Shown: positions 36,654 to 49,419, counted from the first letter of the stretch. The stretch is 64,000 bases of DNA from Albugo candida (GCA_040437565.1 JBDOQK010000001.1:992001-1056000); one strand, 5' to 3'. A program made the numbers and translations. Notes: generated from the letters alone by a model not told the origin.

Positions 36654-38483
36654 TCAGCCATCCAATTCGTCCTCTAAATGCTTTAATTCCTCGCACAAAT
36701 GAACGACTTGTTCGGCATTCTTTGCCTTGATATTGATGATCTCCAACACTCGAGATCGGTTGCGATTCCATTCTTCTTCTCTTGTAGTCCTTACCACGTT
36801 CTCATTCTTTGCGCTATTCTGCTCGCGGAGTAAATCTTCTTGCGCTAAAAGCTTCCCAATTCGAACTTCATGGGAGCCATTAATCGCACTTGTGAGGGCG
36901 TCGCGTTCCGTCAGAATCGCGTGACATTCTTCCGACAGATAGTCGTCGTCCTCTGCGTCCTCATACGTAATCCGCTCCAGCAAATTCGCAGCTAATTGGC
37001 ACACACTTTCGTAAAAAACATTCTCATGCTCTTCGATCGCGCGGAAATGATCTGTTGTGATCGTCCGAACATCGGCACTGATATCGTCCACACCACTTTC
37101 CAGATTGGCAAGTAATTCATGCGATGCTTCCACAATATCGGACTCGATGCCCATCAATTCACAATGGAGCTCTTCGATCATTTTCTCGGCTTGCTGAACG
37201 TCCTGAAAACTGGCAACAATAAGAGATTGGAGATTGGATGAAGAGGATGCTTCTGGAAATTTGGAATGGAAGCTGCTCTTTTCAGTAAGTTGGGTTTGAG
37301 CGGTCTGAATTGTGCTTTGCGTTTGCTTCAGTATCCGTTTCACTTTGGAAGTGTAGAGATCACAAGATGCTATACTTTTCTGCTGGGCGTTGACGGTCAA
37401 TTGAGTCATTGTGGTCTTAAAATCTTGGACTTTGTGCAGTAATTGTCGATGTTTATCGAGTAATACACTTTTCACATTATCTGTGACGATTTTGGCTTTA
37501 TCCAGGAAATCATCCATCAAGTTTCGAAGGCCTGGAAGCGCACAAAGCTTTTCTATTTCTGCGTCTTCTTTGAACATGTCACTCACAAGCGTCTGATCCA
37601 TGATGAAATGCTTAATCGATGGAAGTAGGAGAGGAATAGCTGTACCTCCAAAATAGTGATATTCGCCTCACGTAAAAGGACATAATACGTCTGTTCTTCG
37701 ACTTCTTTCGCTCGAGCAGCTTCATCAATGGCTTTCACTTCACGCATTTCTTCCAACTCGTCCATGTACTGGTCCCGAGCTTGTGAGATCTCATTGTCTT
37801 CTATCAGAATGTAGTCGAGATATTGTAATTTTTCCAAATGGGCCAACACATAACTACAAAGACCGCTTAGTGCGATTCTCAATGATTCTCTCGAGGTACA
37901 GTACGGGCGATATTCCGGATCCTGGCACAAAGGATTTCCACTCAGATTAAGAACACGGAGATTATCCAAGCATCGGAGGTATAAGAGTCCTTCGGTTGCA
38001 GCCAATGCGTTATTCCCAATAGAAAACACCTAGATCGGTAATGAGAAGCCATCCTCACGTCAGGTACGAACCAACCTGAAGCTTTTGTAGCGTTTCCAGA
38101 TTTTCCAGCCTGGTGATTTGGTTGTTGAAAAGACTCAAGTCCGTGAGATTCACTAGTGTCTCGAGCCCTTGGATGCTTGCGATATTGTTGAATGAGAGAT
38201 CAAGCCATTGCAGCCGGGTCAGATGTCGAATACCGTGAATCTCTTGTATGATATTGTTATCGAGCTGAAGGCGAATCAGATTGGAAAATGGGCCAAGATT
38301 ATCGATTTTAGCAATCTTTTGGAATGAAAGCGATAGCGATTGCAATTTATTAAAGTCAATCTTCTGCACTGACTCATGGATGGCGTCCGAATTGACCGGA
38401 TCCGCATCCGCGAGAACGAGTTTTTGGATGAGCTCATCGTGAATGACGGCAATTTCTTGGTGCCGGACACCCAACCGATGCAT
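36654..38483 (-). CDS. DRC3: Dynein regulatory complex subunit 3 (LRRC48), multi-exon
   Basis: LRRs LSLSFQKIAKIDNL, LQLDNN, WLDLSFNNI, DLSLFNN, GNP..Y LRR cap, then helical tail ending RNRSRVLEI. Confidence 0.88.
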
Positions 38484-38612
38484 TTTGTTGCTATGAGTTT
38501 TTTTTGGACATCAGGTGTCGCTTCGAGGTCATGAAGCAGCTCATGACGCACACGGAAGGCGTTCTCAGACTAGGTCGTTCCTGTAATCAGATACTCAGAG
38601 CTGATTCTAAGA

Positions 38613-40425
38613 ATGTCTACGAAATTTGAAGAATTTGCACATCATGTCTTTCAGTCTGCTTCTGTTGACGAATTTTCCGCGCTTCAGAAGGAGAGCAAGC
38701 CTGACTACAATCTTCCAAACAATAAAGGATGGACGATTCTGATGAGTGCATGTGCTTACGGTGTGTAGTTTCATCTCCTTCATTGGCAGTTTAGTGATAG
38801 TGGCGCATCTGTAGAGCGAGATGACCTAGTCGGCTTGATAATCGACAAAACTGAGAATATTGGAGCCTGCACCGTACTGAATCGTACCCACGTCTTGCAT
38901 CTCGCTTGCATTAGTAAAAATGTTTGTCATGTTCACGGCCGAAAATCTCGCGATAATGCTCACTTTGTATAGCCAAAATTACTGCAGGAACTTGCAAGTT
39001 GTCCGGAACGTCGTGAAAAACTCGCTCGTCTTGTAAATCAACCCAATGCCCATGGTGATACACGTACGTGTCTTCCCCTTTCTAGCAGCAAGAAAATCTC
39101 ACACAATTGCTCAGCATTAATGATGGCCTGTGTGGCCAAAAACCTGGACGCTTGTGTGATTTTATGGAGCCTTGGAGCTGATTGCAGTCTGAAAAACAAG
39201 AATGGAATGACGGCTTTGATGTGTGCTGCTCGAGTACAAGATAGCAATGACCAACACTCTGCTGTGAGTGTGTCGATTGTAAAAGGTTTGCTGGAGCGAT
39301 TAGAAGCTGAAGATATACATTGTGTGGATGTCTTGAAACGGAATACAGCACTTCATATTGCAGTGCAAAGTGGGAATAAAGGCGGGGTGAAAGAGCTTGT
39401 GAAAGCCCCTGGAAAAAGTCTTCATGTGTACAATATGGATGGGTACACAGCCTACGCGTTGGCACAGCACATCAAGGCATCAGAGGAAGTGATTCAAATT
39501 TTGTGTGAGCACAGTGAGATGAAATTGGCGCCGTTGGACTTGAGTGAAGCGGAATGTGTCTTGCAATCCAAGAAAAAAGATGGAAAGCGAAAGTCTAAAA
39601 CGAAGCGAAAACAGCTGAAAAACCGAAAGGATAATGCACAAATCCAAAAGGATGATCCTTTCCCTTATGTGAATCACTCTGAAAGCGTGCTAGCGGCTGT
39701 GGAAAAGTGTAATCAGGAACCTCGCATGCCCGTCGAATGCCAGGAAGCCATAGGACTGATCGACAGTGGGTTTACGGATGTGAAAGATGGCTCTGATTAT
39801 ATTTATGACCAGTTGAATGCTTTTTTTCATTATTTGAACCCGCTCGCGNNNNNNNNNNNNNNNNNNNNNNNNNNNNNNNNNNNNNNNNNNNNNNNNNNNN
39901 NNNNNNNNNNNNNNNNNNNNNNNNNNNNNNNNNNNNNNNNNNNNNNNNAAGGATAATGCACAAATCCAAAAGGATGATCCTTTCCCTTATGTGAATCACT
40001 CTGAAAGCGTGCTAGCGGCTGTGGAAAAGTGTAATCAGGAACCTCGCATGCCCGTCGAATGCCAGGAAGCCATAGGACTGATCGACAGTGGGTTTACGGA
40101 TGTGAAAGATGGCTCTGATTATATTTATGACCAGTTGAATGCTTTTTTTCATTATTTGAACCCGCTCGCGCAAGAAATCGCGGTCAATGTCGACGCGTTT
40201 GTGGTATCGTGCCCGCGACCCATTTTGCCTGAACCGGATTTAGATCGAAATATTGAGGAGATCCTGTCTTCATTGAGTATATCTCAGATAGAGACACTAG
40301 AGAATGCTCATTTGAGCGCATATAACGCGCTGAACGAGCGGAAACAGCTCAAAATGCGCGTGCTAGAGGCACAGCGTGTTGAAGAGAAACTTGCTCTACA
40401 GAAGATTTTGACAATACAAAATTAG
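38613..40425 (+). CDS. Ankyrin-repeat protein (multi-exon)
   Basis: GWTILMSACAY, VLHLAC, GMTALMCAAR, NTALHIAVQSG, GYTAYALA; basic KKKDGKRKSK stretch; internal gap duplication. Confidence 0.85.
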
Positions 40426-40496
40426 TTTAACATTCGCGCAACATTGAATGCATACGTGCAACATCGGATGGTTTCGCGGTCAATTGCGCGCAAATA

Positions 40497-41033
40497 ATGA
40501 CGGAAAGAAATGTGAAATTAAGTTCTACTTCAACCTTATCACCTCTGATTTGTAAGATTCAGCTGAGAGAGAAATGCATACAACGGATTCATGCGAACAG
40601 AAAGGATACATTGCGGAGAGCGCGACGTTTAGACGGAGAAATGGCTGCGAACGGACGAGATAACACGCAGAATGAGCACATATCGAGTCAGTTGCAGCGA
40701 GACAGCGCGTCTTTACATCAACAGCATTATATCTCTGCGCAGAATCAATCTGACGTGAAAAGTACACGTCAGAAGAAGCCCCAAGTCGTTGAAAGATGTC
40801 CGCTGCAACTTGAAGACTTGATGGAAACGGGAAAGCTTTCTGACGCAGAGTATTGGGACATTGTTCACTCGTTGGAAGAAGAAATCTTAAATGACGCCAA
40901 CGAATTAGAGCGTTACCATTTTCAAAGTGGCGAAGACGAAATCTTGGCGGAAGAAATGATGCGTTTTGAAGGGGACTCGTTGGCTGCACTGTTACAGAAC
41001 ATTGACATCGATGTGGAGAGCATTAATAAGTGA
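40497..41033 (+). CDS. RPA-interacting protein (RPAIN)-like, N-terminal and middle regions only
   Basis: QLREKCIQRIHANRKDTLRRAR resembles the RPAIN N-domain; acidic helical middle; no C-terminal Cys cluster before the stop. Confidence 0.5.
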   Translation: MTERNVKLSSTSTLSPLICKIQLREKCIQRIHANRKDTLRRARRLDGEMAANGRDNTQNEHISSQLQRDSASLHQQHYISAQNQSDVKSTRQKKPQVVERCPLQLEDLMETGKLSDAEYWDIVHSLEEEILNDANELERYHFQSGEDEILAEEMMRFEGDSLAALLQNIDIDVESINK

Positions 41034-41062
41034 AAGCAAATTATAATTTTGTTAAAATAAAA

Positions 41063-41709
41063 TCATATTGAAGGGAGGAAATGAGCTGTCATCAGTGAAG
41101 CGATAAAGAAGAGAGATAAAACAGCTGGAGTTAAAACGCCCCAAACCGGCCAAAACGCACAATGAAAGCAAAAGGAAGCACTGAACCCGGCCATTGTCGC
41201 TGTTGGAATCATTCGCGGGCAATACACGCTCCATTCTAATCGGATCTTCTGTACGTATGGCAGCCAAATCGCTAAATAACATGTTATGCAAGCATAAAGT
41301 CCCGATAGAAGTACCGCAACATGAAAGAAGCCTCTACATTCATTCAATCAGCTCTGAACGCAGTACGGGCGCATACATTAACTCACGTGCGGACGCGAGT
41401 ATCGTAAAATATCACATGGACAATATCCAGATAACGTGCTGCAATTATTGCTGCCACTATCCATAAGAGCGCATGCAATTTTGTGCTGTATAACTCTGCT
41501 CGTTGCGATCTTGATCGTGCATGCGCTTTCTTCGCTGTGCTCTCATCGCGTTCCTCGCTTGGATACTGTACTTCACTCAACAATTCGGATTCCTCGGAGT
41601 CGTTATCGAAGCTGCAAGACCCGTGCTCCAGTGCCAGCAGCGAAGAGGAAACGGATTCTTCATCAATCACTGCCGTAATTCGCGGATTCGAGCGAGTTCT
41701 TGCGGTCAT
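41063..41709 (-). CDS. TMEM128-like 4-TM protein (2 exons)
   Basis: KLHALLWIVAA, YLAIWLP, W..YCPRMIPTAT, AFWPVWGVLTP. Confidence 0.72.
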
Positions 41710-41772
41710 TTCAGAATCAGAAAAGAATCAGACACAGGATCAGAACGGGATGGAATTTAGGAAAGAATCAGA

Positions 41773-43284
41773 TTAGGTCTCGACATAATTCCATCCTACT
41801 GTGCGAAGAAAACCGCGAACAATTGACTTTTCATCTTCGCACGACACGTCCACTTTGGTCAGGGTGTTGTTTGTCTCCTTATTTGTCCATGAAGAGCAAG
41901 TGAGAGGCTTTCCGAGCGGGATGCATCGTTTCTCGTGCTCACTTGCAAACACAAATGAGGCCAAAAGTGGCAATTTTGGCACCCTATCTTGTCGTTGTAG
42001 TATCGCCATCAAGTTACCAACTGTCCACATTAGAGGTGTTTCTAATCTTCCGTACTGTTCCAATCCGAATCCAGCCACACTCACGTCCATAAANNNNNNN
42101 NNNNNNNNNNNNNNNNNNNNNNNNNNNNNNNNNNNNNNNNNNNNNNNNNNNNNNNNNNNNNNNNNNNNNNNNNNNNNNNNNNNNNNNNNNNNNCTTATTT
42201 GTCCATGAAGAGCAAGTGAGAGGCTTTCCGAGCGGGATGCATCGTTTCTCGTGCTCACTTGCAAACACAAATGAGGCCAAAAGTGGCAATTTTGGCACCC
42301 TATCTTGTCGTTGTAGTATCGCCATCAAGTTACCAACTGTCCACATTAGAGGTGTTTCTAATCTTCCGTACTGTTCCAATCCGAATCCAGCCACACTCAC
42401 GTCCATAAAGTCTAAGAGTTTGCTTTTAGAACAGCTAATAGTTGATACAATTTTCTCGTTCAAGTCTTGTCGTGCTTCAAGCTGGGGATCTAATTGTGCA
42501 ACGGATTTAGAGAGGGGCACCATCAGTATCTCCTGTTTGAACGGAATAGAAAAAGTGGTGACAGATTGCCAAACACATCCTTTCTCATCGTATAAATCTG
42601 TTTGTATATCAAACTCAATCTCAGTCTCCAAAAATCGTTTCTTCTGGAGGATCATCAGGCACTACAAAGTCGTCAGAGCGGTAAGTTCTATGTCGTAGTG
42701 TGTACAAACCTGGAAGCCAACAAAATCACTTGTAACAAGCGAAGAATCTTCAGCCGTCTCTGACTCCTCGAGCACTACCGGTACTTGATCCGGGAATTGC
42801 ATATTGAGTTGTCGAAGTTGACAAACTGACAATGCTTTAATATGAGCAGACTCGACACTTGCTGGAAACTTGGAATGACCAAGTATTTGGAGAAACAAGC
42901 TACTGATAGCGATTTGAGGAAAGATGAACGGGATCGTCTCCAATTTGAGCTGTTCGTAGCCCAAAGTTGCAGTGAGTTTAGCAAAATCCGATGAAAGTAA
43001 AGCAAAGCGACACTGGAGATTTATCATCGGGCAAGGAGATCGAAGTATACTTTTTTTCCATCCCCATTTCGTGTATTTCGAGAGCCGGCAGCGCCACAGA
43101 AATTCACGAGTACCGAGATCCGAAGGCGATGGTAAAGCTGGGAAACTGCAAAGCGACCAATGAGGATTTCAAAAGTCACATCAATTCAGTACCTGCGAGC
43201 GAGATCATGATCCCACGTGATGAAAATATACAGCAAAGGCGTCAAAATGGCGACAAATATCAAGCAAACAATCCATGCAGTCAT
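41773..43284 (-). CDS. Hypothetical protein with N-terminal membrane anchor; possible degenerate MaoC/hot-dog-fold dehydratase-like
   Basis: Start MTAWIVCLIFVAILTPLLYIF; segments PFIFPQIA..LQILGHSKFP and IEFDIQTDLYDEKGCVWQSVTTF recall acyl-dehydratase N-domains; several introns. Confidence 0.45.
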
Positions 43285-43358
43285 ATTATGTAGTCTACAT
43301 TATAATAAACCCCTACATTAGTGTTCCACAAATCAAATCATATCAACCAATCAAATAC

Positions 43359-45426
43359 ATGTCGTCCAATTGCAGCGACAACATGAGCGTTCATGGAATC
43401 ATTTCACATTCCGTGAATCAGTCCGACGTTGTGGTACCACTCTCTCCACCGCGGCAGTATGCGTGTAGCCTTCGCATCGGTTGATTCCTTCATGGATCAT
43501 TTGAACGGCTCCATCGTGCGGAGCGATTCGAATCGCNNNNNNNNNNNNNNNNNNNNNNNNNNNNNNNNNNNNNNNNNNNNNNNNNNNNNNNNNNNNNNNN
43601 NNNNNNNNNNNNNNNNNNNNNNNNNNNNNNNNNNNNTCATGGAATCATTTCACATTCCGTGAATCAGTCCGACGTTGTGGTACCACTCTCTCCACCGCGG
43701 CAGTATGCGTGTAGCCTTCGCATCGGTTGATTCCTTCATGGATCATTTGAACGGCTCCATCGTGCGGAGCGATTCGAATCGCTATACTTTCAGCCCAGAA
43801 ACCACCTTCCTCCCTTCCCCACGTTCCTCTCAGCCTCCGTGTATGACGCCCGAAGCCGCAGAACCACTTCCACTCCGCTCGATCCTGCGAAAAGAGCCGA
43901 TACAGACTGATTATCACGCTTCAATGGACGGATTGGAAATGCGCGATATGTTTGCAACTGGAATCAATCAACGAGATTCCATCAGCTTGATCATGATTCT
44001 CGGCTCGGCGATTTCTGGGATTGCGCTTGGATTCATCCTCAGTGGCTACGAAATAGGCGAAGATGCGACCCGATGGCTTGAATTACCCGGTCATTTGTTT
44101 ATTAAAGCGCTGAAATGTCTGATTGTTCCGATGGTTTTTTGCAGCATTGTAACTTGTATCGCCGAATTTATAGCTGTTGGGCACGAGGTCGCAGTTGGAG
44201 CACGTACGATCGTCGCATTTGTGAGTATGACACTTCTTTCATCGTTCACGGGAACCTTTTTCGGATGGCTATTTCTTCCATTTTTTCGTGTGCAAAAGAC
44301 ACTTTTGTACACGGAAGATGTCGTCCCAACACTCGCGCTTCGATGTCCCGATGGACGATATCTCACTCAGCTCGTCAACGATACGATTGTCTGTATGGCC
44401 ACTCGGAATAAAACGGAAAGCGCACAATTCGAACTCGATGATATTTCATACACATTTGCATCAAAGTCTCCAACATTTGTCAATTTATCAGTATCCAAAG
44501 AGATCTTTGGCCTCTTGAACCAACTCATTCCAACTAATGTGTTGGAAGCTTTTGTGGAAGGCTCCACGCTCGGTGTCATCTCCTTCGCGATTCTGTTTGG
44601 TGTCGCCATCACCAAAAGCTTCCGACCGACAAAAGAAGTGACGGAAAATTACCCGCTTTTGCTCATCACGCAAGTTGGAATTCTTGTTCGAATGATTCTC
44701 AATGGCGTTATGGCAGTCCTTCCCATTGCGATTATCTCACTACTCGCAGGTGCGATCGTCAAACTCCCGTGTTCATTGGAATTAGTAAAAAGTGTTGGAT
44801 TTCTCGGATTCGCATTGCTATCGGCGCTGGTGACTGTGACATTTGGAGTCCTTGGACTTACGATGCTCTTAATTGCCAGACGAAATGTGTTCTCCTACCT
44901 GAAAGCGATCATTCCAGCGCAAATCTTCATCGCAAGCTATTGTTCTTCCATCGCCACTTTGCCTGTAACGATACGATGCGTGGAATCGACTCGGGAAGTG
45001 CCTACCTCTATCGCGCGATTTGTATTATCGCTGGGAGCAAGTTGCAATCTGAATGGAACTGCAGTGTACATGCCATTAGCTTGCTTGTTTATGGCCAAAA
45101 TAAGCGGAATCGAAGCTCATTTGAGTATCATGTCGTACATCCGACTCGCATTAGTAAGTGCGATTGCTTCATATGGCGTTGCTCCTGTTCCACATTCCGG
45201 TCTTGTGATGATTATGACCATATGGAAAACAGTATTTCACACAGATGTTCCGGCCGTATTCTCCATTATGGTCGGCGTCGATTGGCTTTTGGATCGTGCG
45301 TGTGCGGTTGTGAATGTGACAAATGACGCTTTACTAGCACGAATCATTGTTGGCCGCATCAAGGATCCCGGACCACCGGCTCCGATTGTCACCTTTGGAC
45401 CAGTGTTTCATCACGAGCCGAAATGA
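43359..45426 (+). CDS. Dicarboxylate/amino acid:cation symporter (DAACS/SLC1 family)
   Basis: PGHLFIKALKCLIVPMVF, LIPTNV, SSIATLP, NLNGT, GVAPVP, VDWLLDR..VVNV..D; short exon 1 from ATG 43359 splices in phase (CA|GTATGC...TTCAG|C). Confidence 0.92.
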
Positions 45427-45514
45427 ATTCGATTTCAGATTGAGACGAATGGTAGCTTTCAGCGAGTGGTGGAGTGTTCTTCCAGTACTTTGGAGGTGAC
45501 GCTCTCTTGACACG

Positions 45515-47388
45515 TCAATTCTTCGCTGCTGGTTTCAGTACAATGGGCTCGTGTGCTATCTGAAGCAACTCTGAGAAAGAAACGCTCATCAAATCACATC
45601 GAAATCGTACCTGAAATCAGTCTGGGCTCACGTTGGACCCATCCACAACTGACAAAGAAATCATAGATATCTTCAGATTTTTCAACGTCTACCACAACGG
45701 GATGAGGGTCAATAATAAACATCAGGAAGCAGCATTATCTACCGAGCTTTACGATCTGTTGAGCTGCATCTGGTGTCAAGTATCCCATTCGGTAACACTC
45801 GCGTATCAAAACGTCTTTGATGACCAAATAATGCTACAGAACGCGACGTTAGCAACAGGGAACGTCTTACGTGTAGGGAGAAACCTACTTTTGGCAAGAG
45901 CTGGAGTTTACTGCAAAGCTCCTTCTCGGTTGGTGCGAGAAGATGAGCTCCTGGTGCTCCATCCACTAGCGAAGTCGCAATCCGTTTCGACGTTCCTCGA
46001 CCAGCATCCTCGCCTGCTTCATCCACTCGAGATCGCTTGTTGCTCGACGTATCGCTAACGTCTTCGTCCTGAAGTCCAGTAAAACGCTCTCGATATCGAC
46101 TTGCTCGATCTTTCCCATTATAAGTTGATCGTGTTGAATCATATAAATAGGAGGCATTATCCCTCTGCTTTTGCATCGCCAACTCAGTCTCTCGCTTCTT
46201 CTTCTCTTGCTCATACAATTCAGCTTCAGCGAGTGTTTTGATCCCATTCCGTCGATATTCCTGCAATAAGACAATCTGTTTCTGCAAACGCATCGCTGTG
46301 ATAAGTCCTTGAATCAACTCTTCATGCTCTTGAGGAGTGTGGAAGCGAGCAAATGGACGCATCTGAGCAATAATCTCCCGCTCTTCTTTGGGTCGCCTTC
46401 GTTCCACTTGCAGATGCTTCTTATAATCCAACAAGCCGTGCTCGATCACAAATTGTTTCCGACGCGCTCGTTCATCCAATTTCGAGTTATAAATTTCGAT
46501 CACTTTGAGCTTAAGCGCTCGTTCTGTCGGACTATCATCCTCTGCAAACTCCATATCCGATAGTATGACCTCAGCATCATTGTCGTATTCCACATCGAAA
46601 TCTCCTCTCAGTGGCATGTAACCAGCCAATTCTGTTCCTACCATCTGCTTGACTGGAGTCGTTCCCGTATTAGTTCTCACTTGTTTGCCTTCTTCTTGAT
46701 CATTCTTCATCTTCTTTACCGGCGTGGAAGGAGCCTCTTCCTCCACTGAAGAAGCCCGTGCATCTCTGTGTTCGCTCTGATTCACATGATCTACTTGCTG
46801 AGAGCCACATGTATCATCTAAGAACTGCGGAAGCTGATCTTCCTGACTCAAATACGCATTCATATAATGTGCTTCACATTTCTTCTCACTCTTTGTACCA
46901 ATGTAATCCGCAATATCTTTCCAATTTCCCATTCCAAACAGCTTGATACCGTCCAATAAGAGGAGATCCTCCTCAGCAGTCCAATCGGTGCTTCCAATAT
47001 CTTTAAATGGCGATTTTGTGCCGTTGTTTTGCTCAATCGCGGAATCCTTCAGAGTAATCGCTCGTTTTGAGTCTTTTACGAGCGGAAACGCTAAACAATC
47101 CGAAACATTATAACTGTGTGTTTTCTTATGCTGTGCGACTTCGCTTCCTACTGCAAAACACTCGACACACAGCTCGATGACAGGCGGCAGTGAGGCGCTG
47201 GTAGAAGCGCATTCGTTGCATGTTATGCGAATCGTACGAGAAAGATCTTTATGGCAACTAACGCAGTTCTTAGGTCGCTCCGTTACCTTGAAACAAAACT
47301 CTTCTCCGTCCTTTGACGTCTCTGCGACTTTATCATTGGTTTCGTGCTTGATTTCACTTTCATCGTCGCGGATCACGGGCGCCGCCAT
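45515..47388 (-). CDS. ADA2: Transcriptional adaptor ADA2 (ZZ, SANT, SWIRM)
   Basis: ZZ finger CVSC..CNEC..LCVECF, SANT WTAEEDLLLL..FGMGNW, GYMPLRGDFDVEYDNDAE, SWIRM EKELCSKLQL; 3' end approximate. Confidence 0.93.
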
Positions 47389-47447
47389 TGGAAGATTTTG
47401 AAATAGTGTTGAGAAATGTATGCATTCTATTTGTACATTATTCTAGG

Positions 47448-48717
47448 TCATTTGCCATATCGACGTTGCCGTCGGCTATATTCGTGCAAAAGCGCTTGAA
47501 AATCTTGCTTTTGGAATTCCGGCCATAATTTATCTGCAAAAATAAGTTCCGTATAAGCAATTTGATACAGTAAAAAGTTACTGATTCGATGCTCGCCCGA
47601 TGTACGCAGCAATACGTCCGGATCAGGTGAGTCTCTAATGCGTAGTGAATGATTAAAGAGTGATGGACGTTCAAGCATCGTATACCTTGTCAATAAGTGA
47701 TTGCTGACAACAGTCTCATCAATGTCAGCAGCGCGCATGCAGCCAGACTCTATTTTCTCGCCAATTTGCTTGAAAGCACAGACGAGTTCCTCACGCGCAC
47801 CATAACTAATAAACAGACATAAGCGGAAGTGTTATCTCACTCGAGTCAAACGCATTTTGTACCTCGCACATATGTTAAGCTGTAGTGTTTGACACTCGGC
47901 GGTTGTCTTCTCCGTATCCTGGATCGCAGTGACGACATGCTTAGGTAGTTTGGTGCTGTTTGTTACATGGACTCGAATCCGGATATCTTTCTGGATTGCC
48001 CGTGGTATAATTTCATGCATGAATTGGTCAAAGAGGGCTAGCAGCGTGTCGATTTCATCTTGCGGACGACTCCAGTTTTCTTGTCAGCAAAACTCAGCAA
48101 GGTCGAAAGAGGAATTGTCATGTGGCTCCTCACCGCTCGAAAATGCATACACTGTGAGAATCTCTACACCATACTCAATGCACCAGTCTATAAATGAGAC
48201 GAGTGTTTTACTTCCATCAGCATGACCGCGAACGCTAAGCCCATATTTCGCTTTTCCAAATCGTCGATTACCGTCCATGATAACAGCAAGATGCTTTGGT
48301 ATCTATAGGATATACGGTATGAATGCATCAAAGCTAATAACAGGAACACGGAGGTCAACGTACCTTGTACTTGCCTGCTGGTAGCGAGCTGGGAACCTGA
48401 CATGTAAATTGTCTGCTGATTTGATAGAAACGACCAAAAAAAGCAAGCAAGGAATGCACGGTTTTTTGCAGGTAGGATTCATCAATGATGTGTAATTTTC
48501 TATCCTGGATTGGCTTCAATGCACAAAAAATCATGAGGCTGATAATGATGATCAAGCACATGATGGCGACTGGTAATCCCACGAGGAACCACGCTTCTGT
48601 GTGCAATGAGACCGGCCAGAAACCGAGAAAATGGACATTTTGTCCGATAGTACTCATTGTCTGGCGACTTTGTATCGCTCGTATACCAAGCAATACGTTG
48701 GTGCTCTCTGTTACCAT
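47448..48717 (-). CDS. cis-prenyltransferase (UPPS/DHDDS family) with N-terminal hydrophobic segment
   Basis: HLAVIMDGNRR, GH..G, TVYAFS.ENW.R, PDPDVLLRTSGEHRISNFLLYQIAYTEL, LWPEF, terminal RRYGK. Confidence 0.92.
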
Positions 48718-49399
48718 AAAGCNNNNNNNNNNNNNNNNNNNNNNNNNNNNNNNNNNNNNNNNNNNNNNNNNNNNNNNNNNNNNNNNNNNNNNNNNNNNNN
48801 NNNNNNNNNNNNNNNNNNNNNNCCAAGCAATACGTTGGTGCTCTCTGTTACCATAAAGCTGCACCGCAATCTTATCTCAAATTAATTTTAGCCAATCGCA
48901 TGGTACCTTGTCTGCTCGGTGGCGACAATCTGACGAAAATGCGCGATTGCGTTATAAAGAGCTTGCATTCGAGTAAAGTGATGCAGGAAAGATACACGAG
49001 CATTTAGTACAAAAAGAAAGATTTTGAGTGATAAAAGGTAGCAATTTCTCTCTTAGTGTAATGCTTATTTCACAACAAGCAAAGTAGATGTGGGGTCAAG
49101 ACTTCATGTAGCGTACAAGGCAATCACCGGGACAAAGAGAGCTCTCGGAGGGGCCCGAAGGAGTGAATGGAAGGCGTGAATTTGCGTCAGCAACGTTCAG
49201 CATGATGGACTGCTTCTATTTTCTTATAAGAGTTGCAATATCACATATATCGTACCCACCATTCGATTCTTCAGACCAAATCGACATGTGTCTTTATCTC
49301 ATTGGCCATCGGATATAAAAAATGTTTTATCAACATTCGACCAAAATGATGCAGAAATCGCTTTATGTTATTCTTTGAACTGGGAAGAAAAATCGCATT

Positions 49400-49415
49400 T
49401 CTCATTTCCAATTCT
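49400..49415 (+). promoter_or_regulatory. Oomycete Inr/FPR core promoter of HAD paralog 1
   Basis: TCTCATTTCCAATTCT ends a few nt before ATG 49420. Confidence 0.65.
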
Positions 49416-49419
49416 CCCG

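Noticed and set aside
49125-49200. GC-rich short palindromes (GAGAGCTCTC, GGGCCC) suggesting a structured RNA
   Set aside because: No match to riboswitch, SRP or snRNA motifs that I can recognise; too short to support a call.
49288-49419. Longer N-termini for the HAD genes given by the ORF track (49288 and 51883)
   Set aside because: Inr/FPR motifs lie just before ATG 49420 and 52063, where paralog similarity and the hydrophobic leaders begin.
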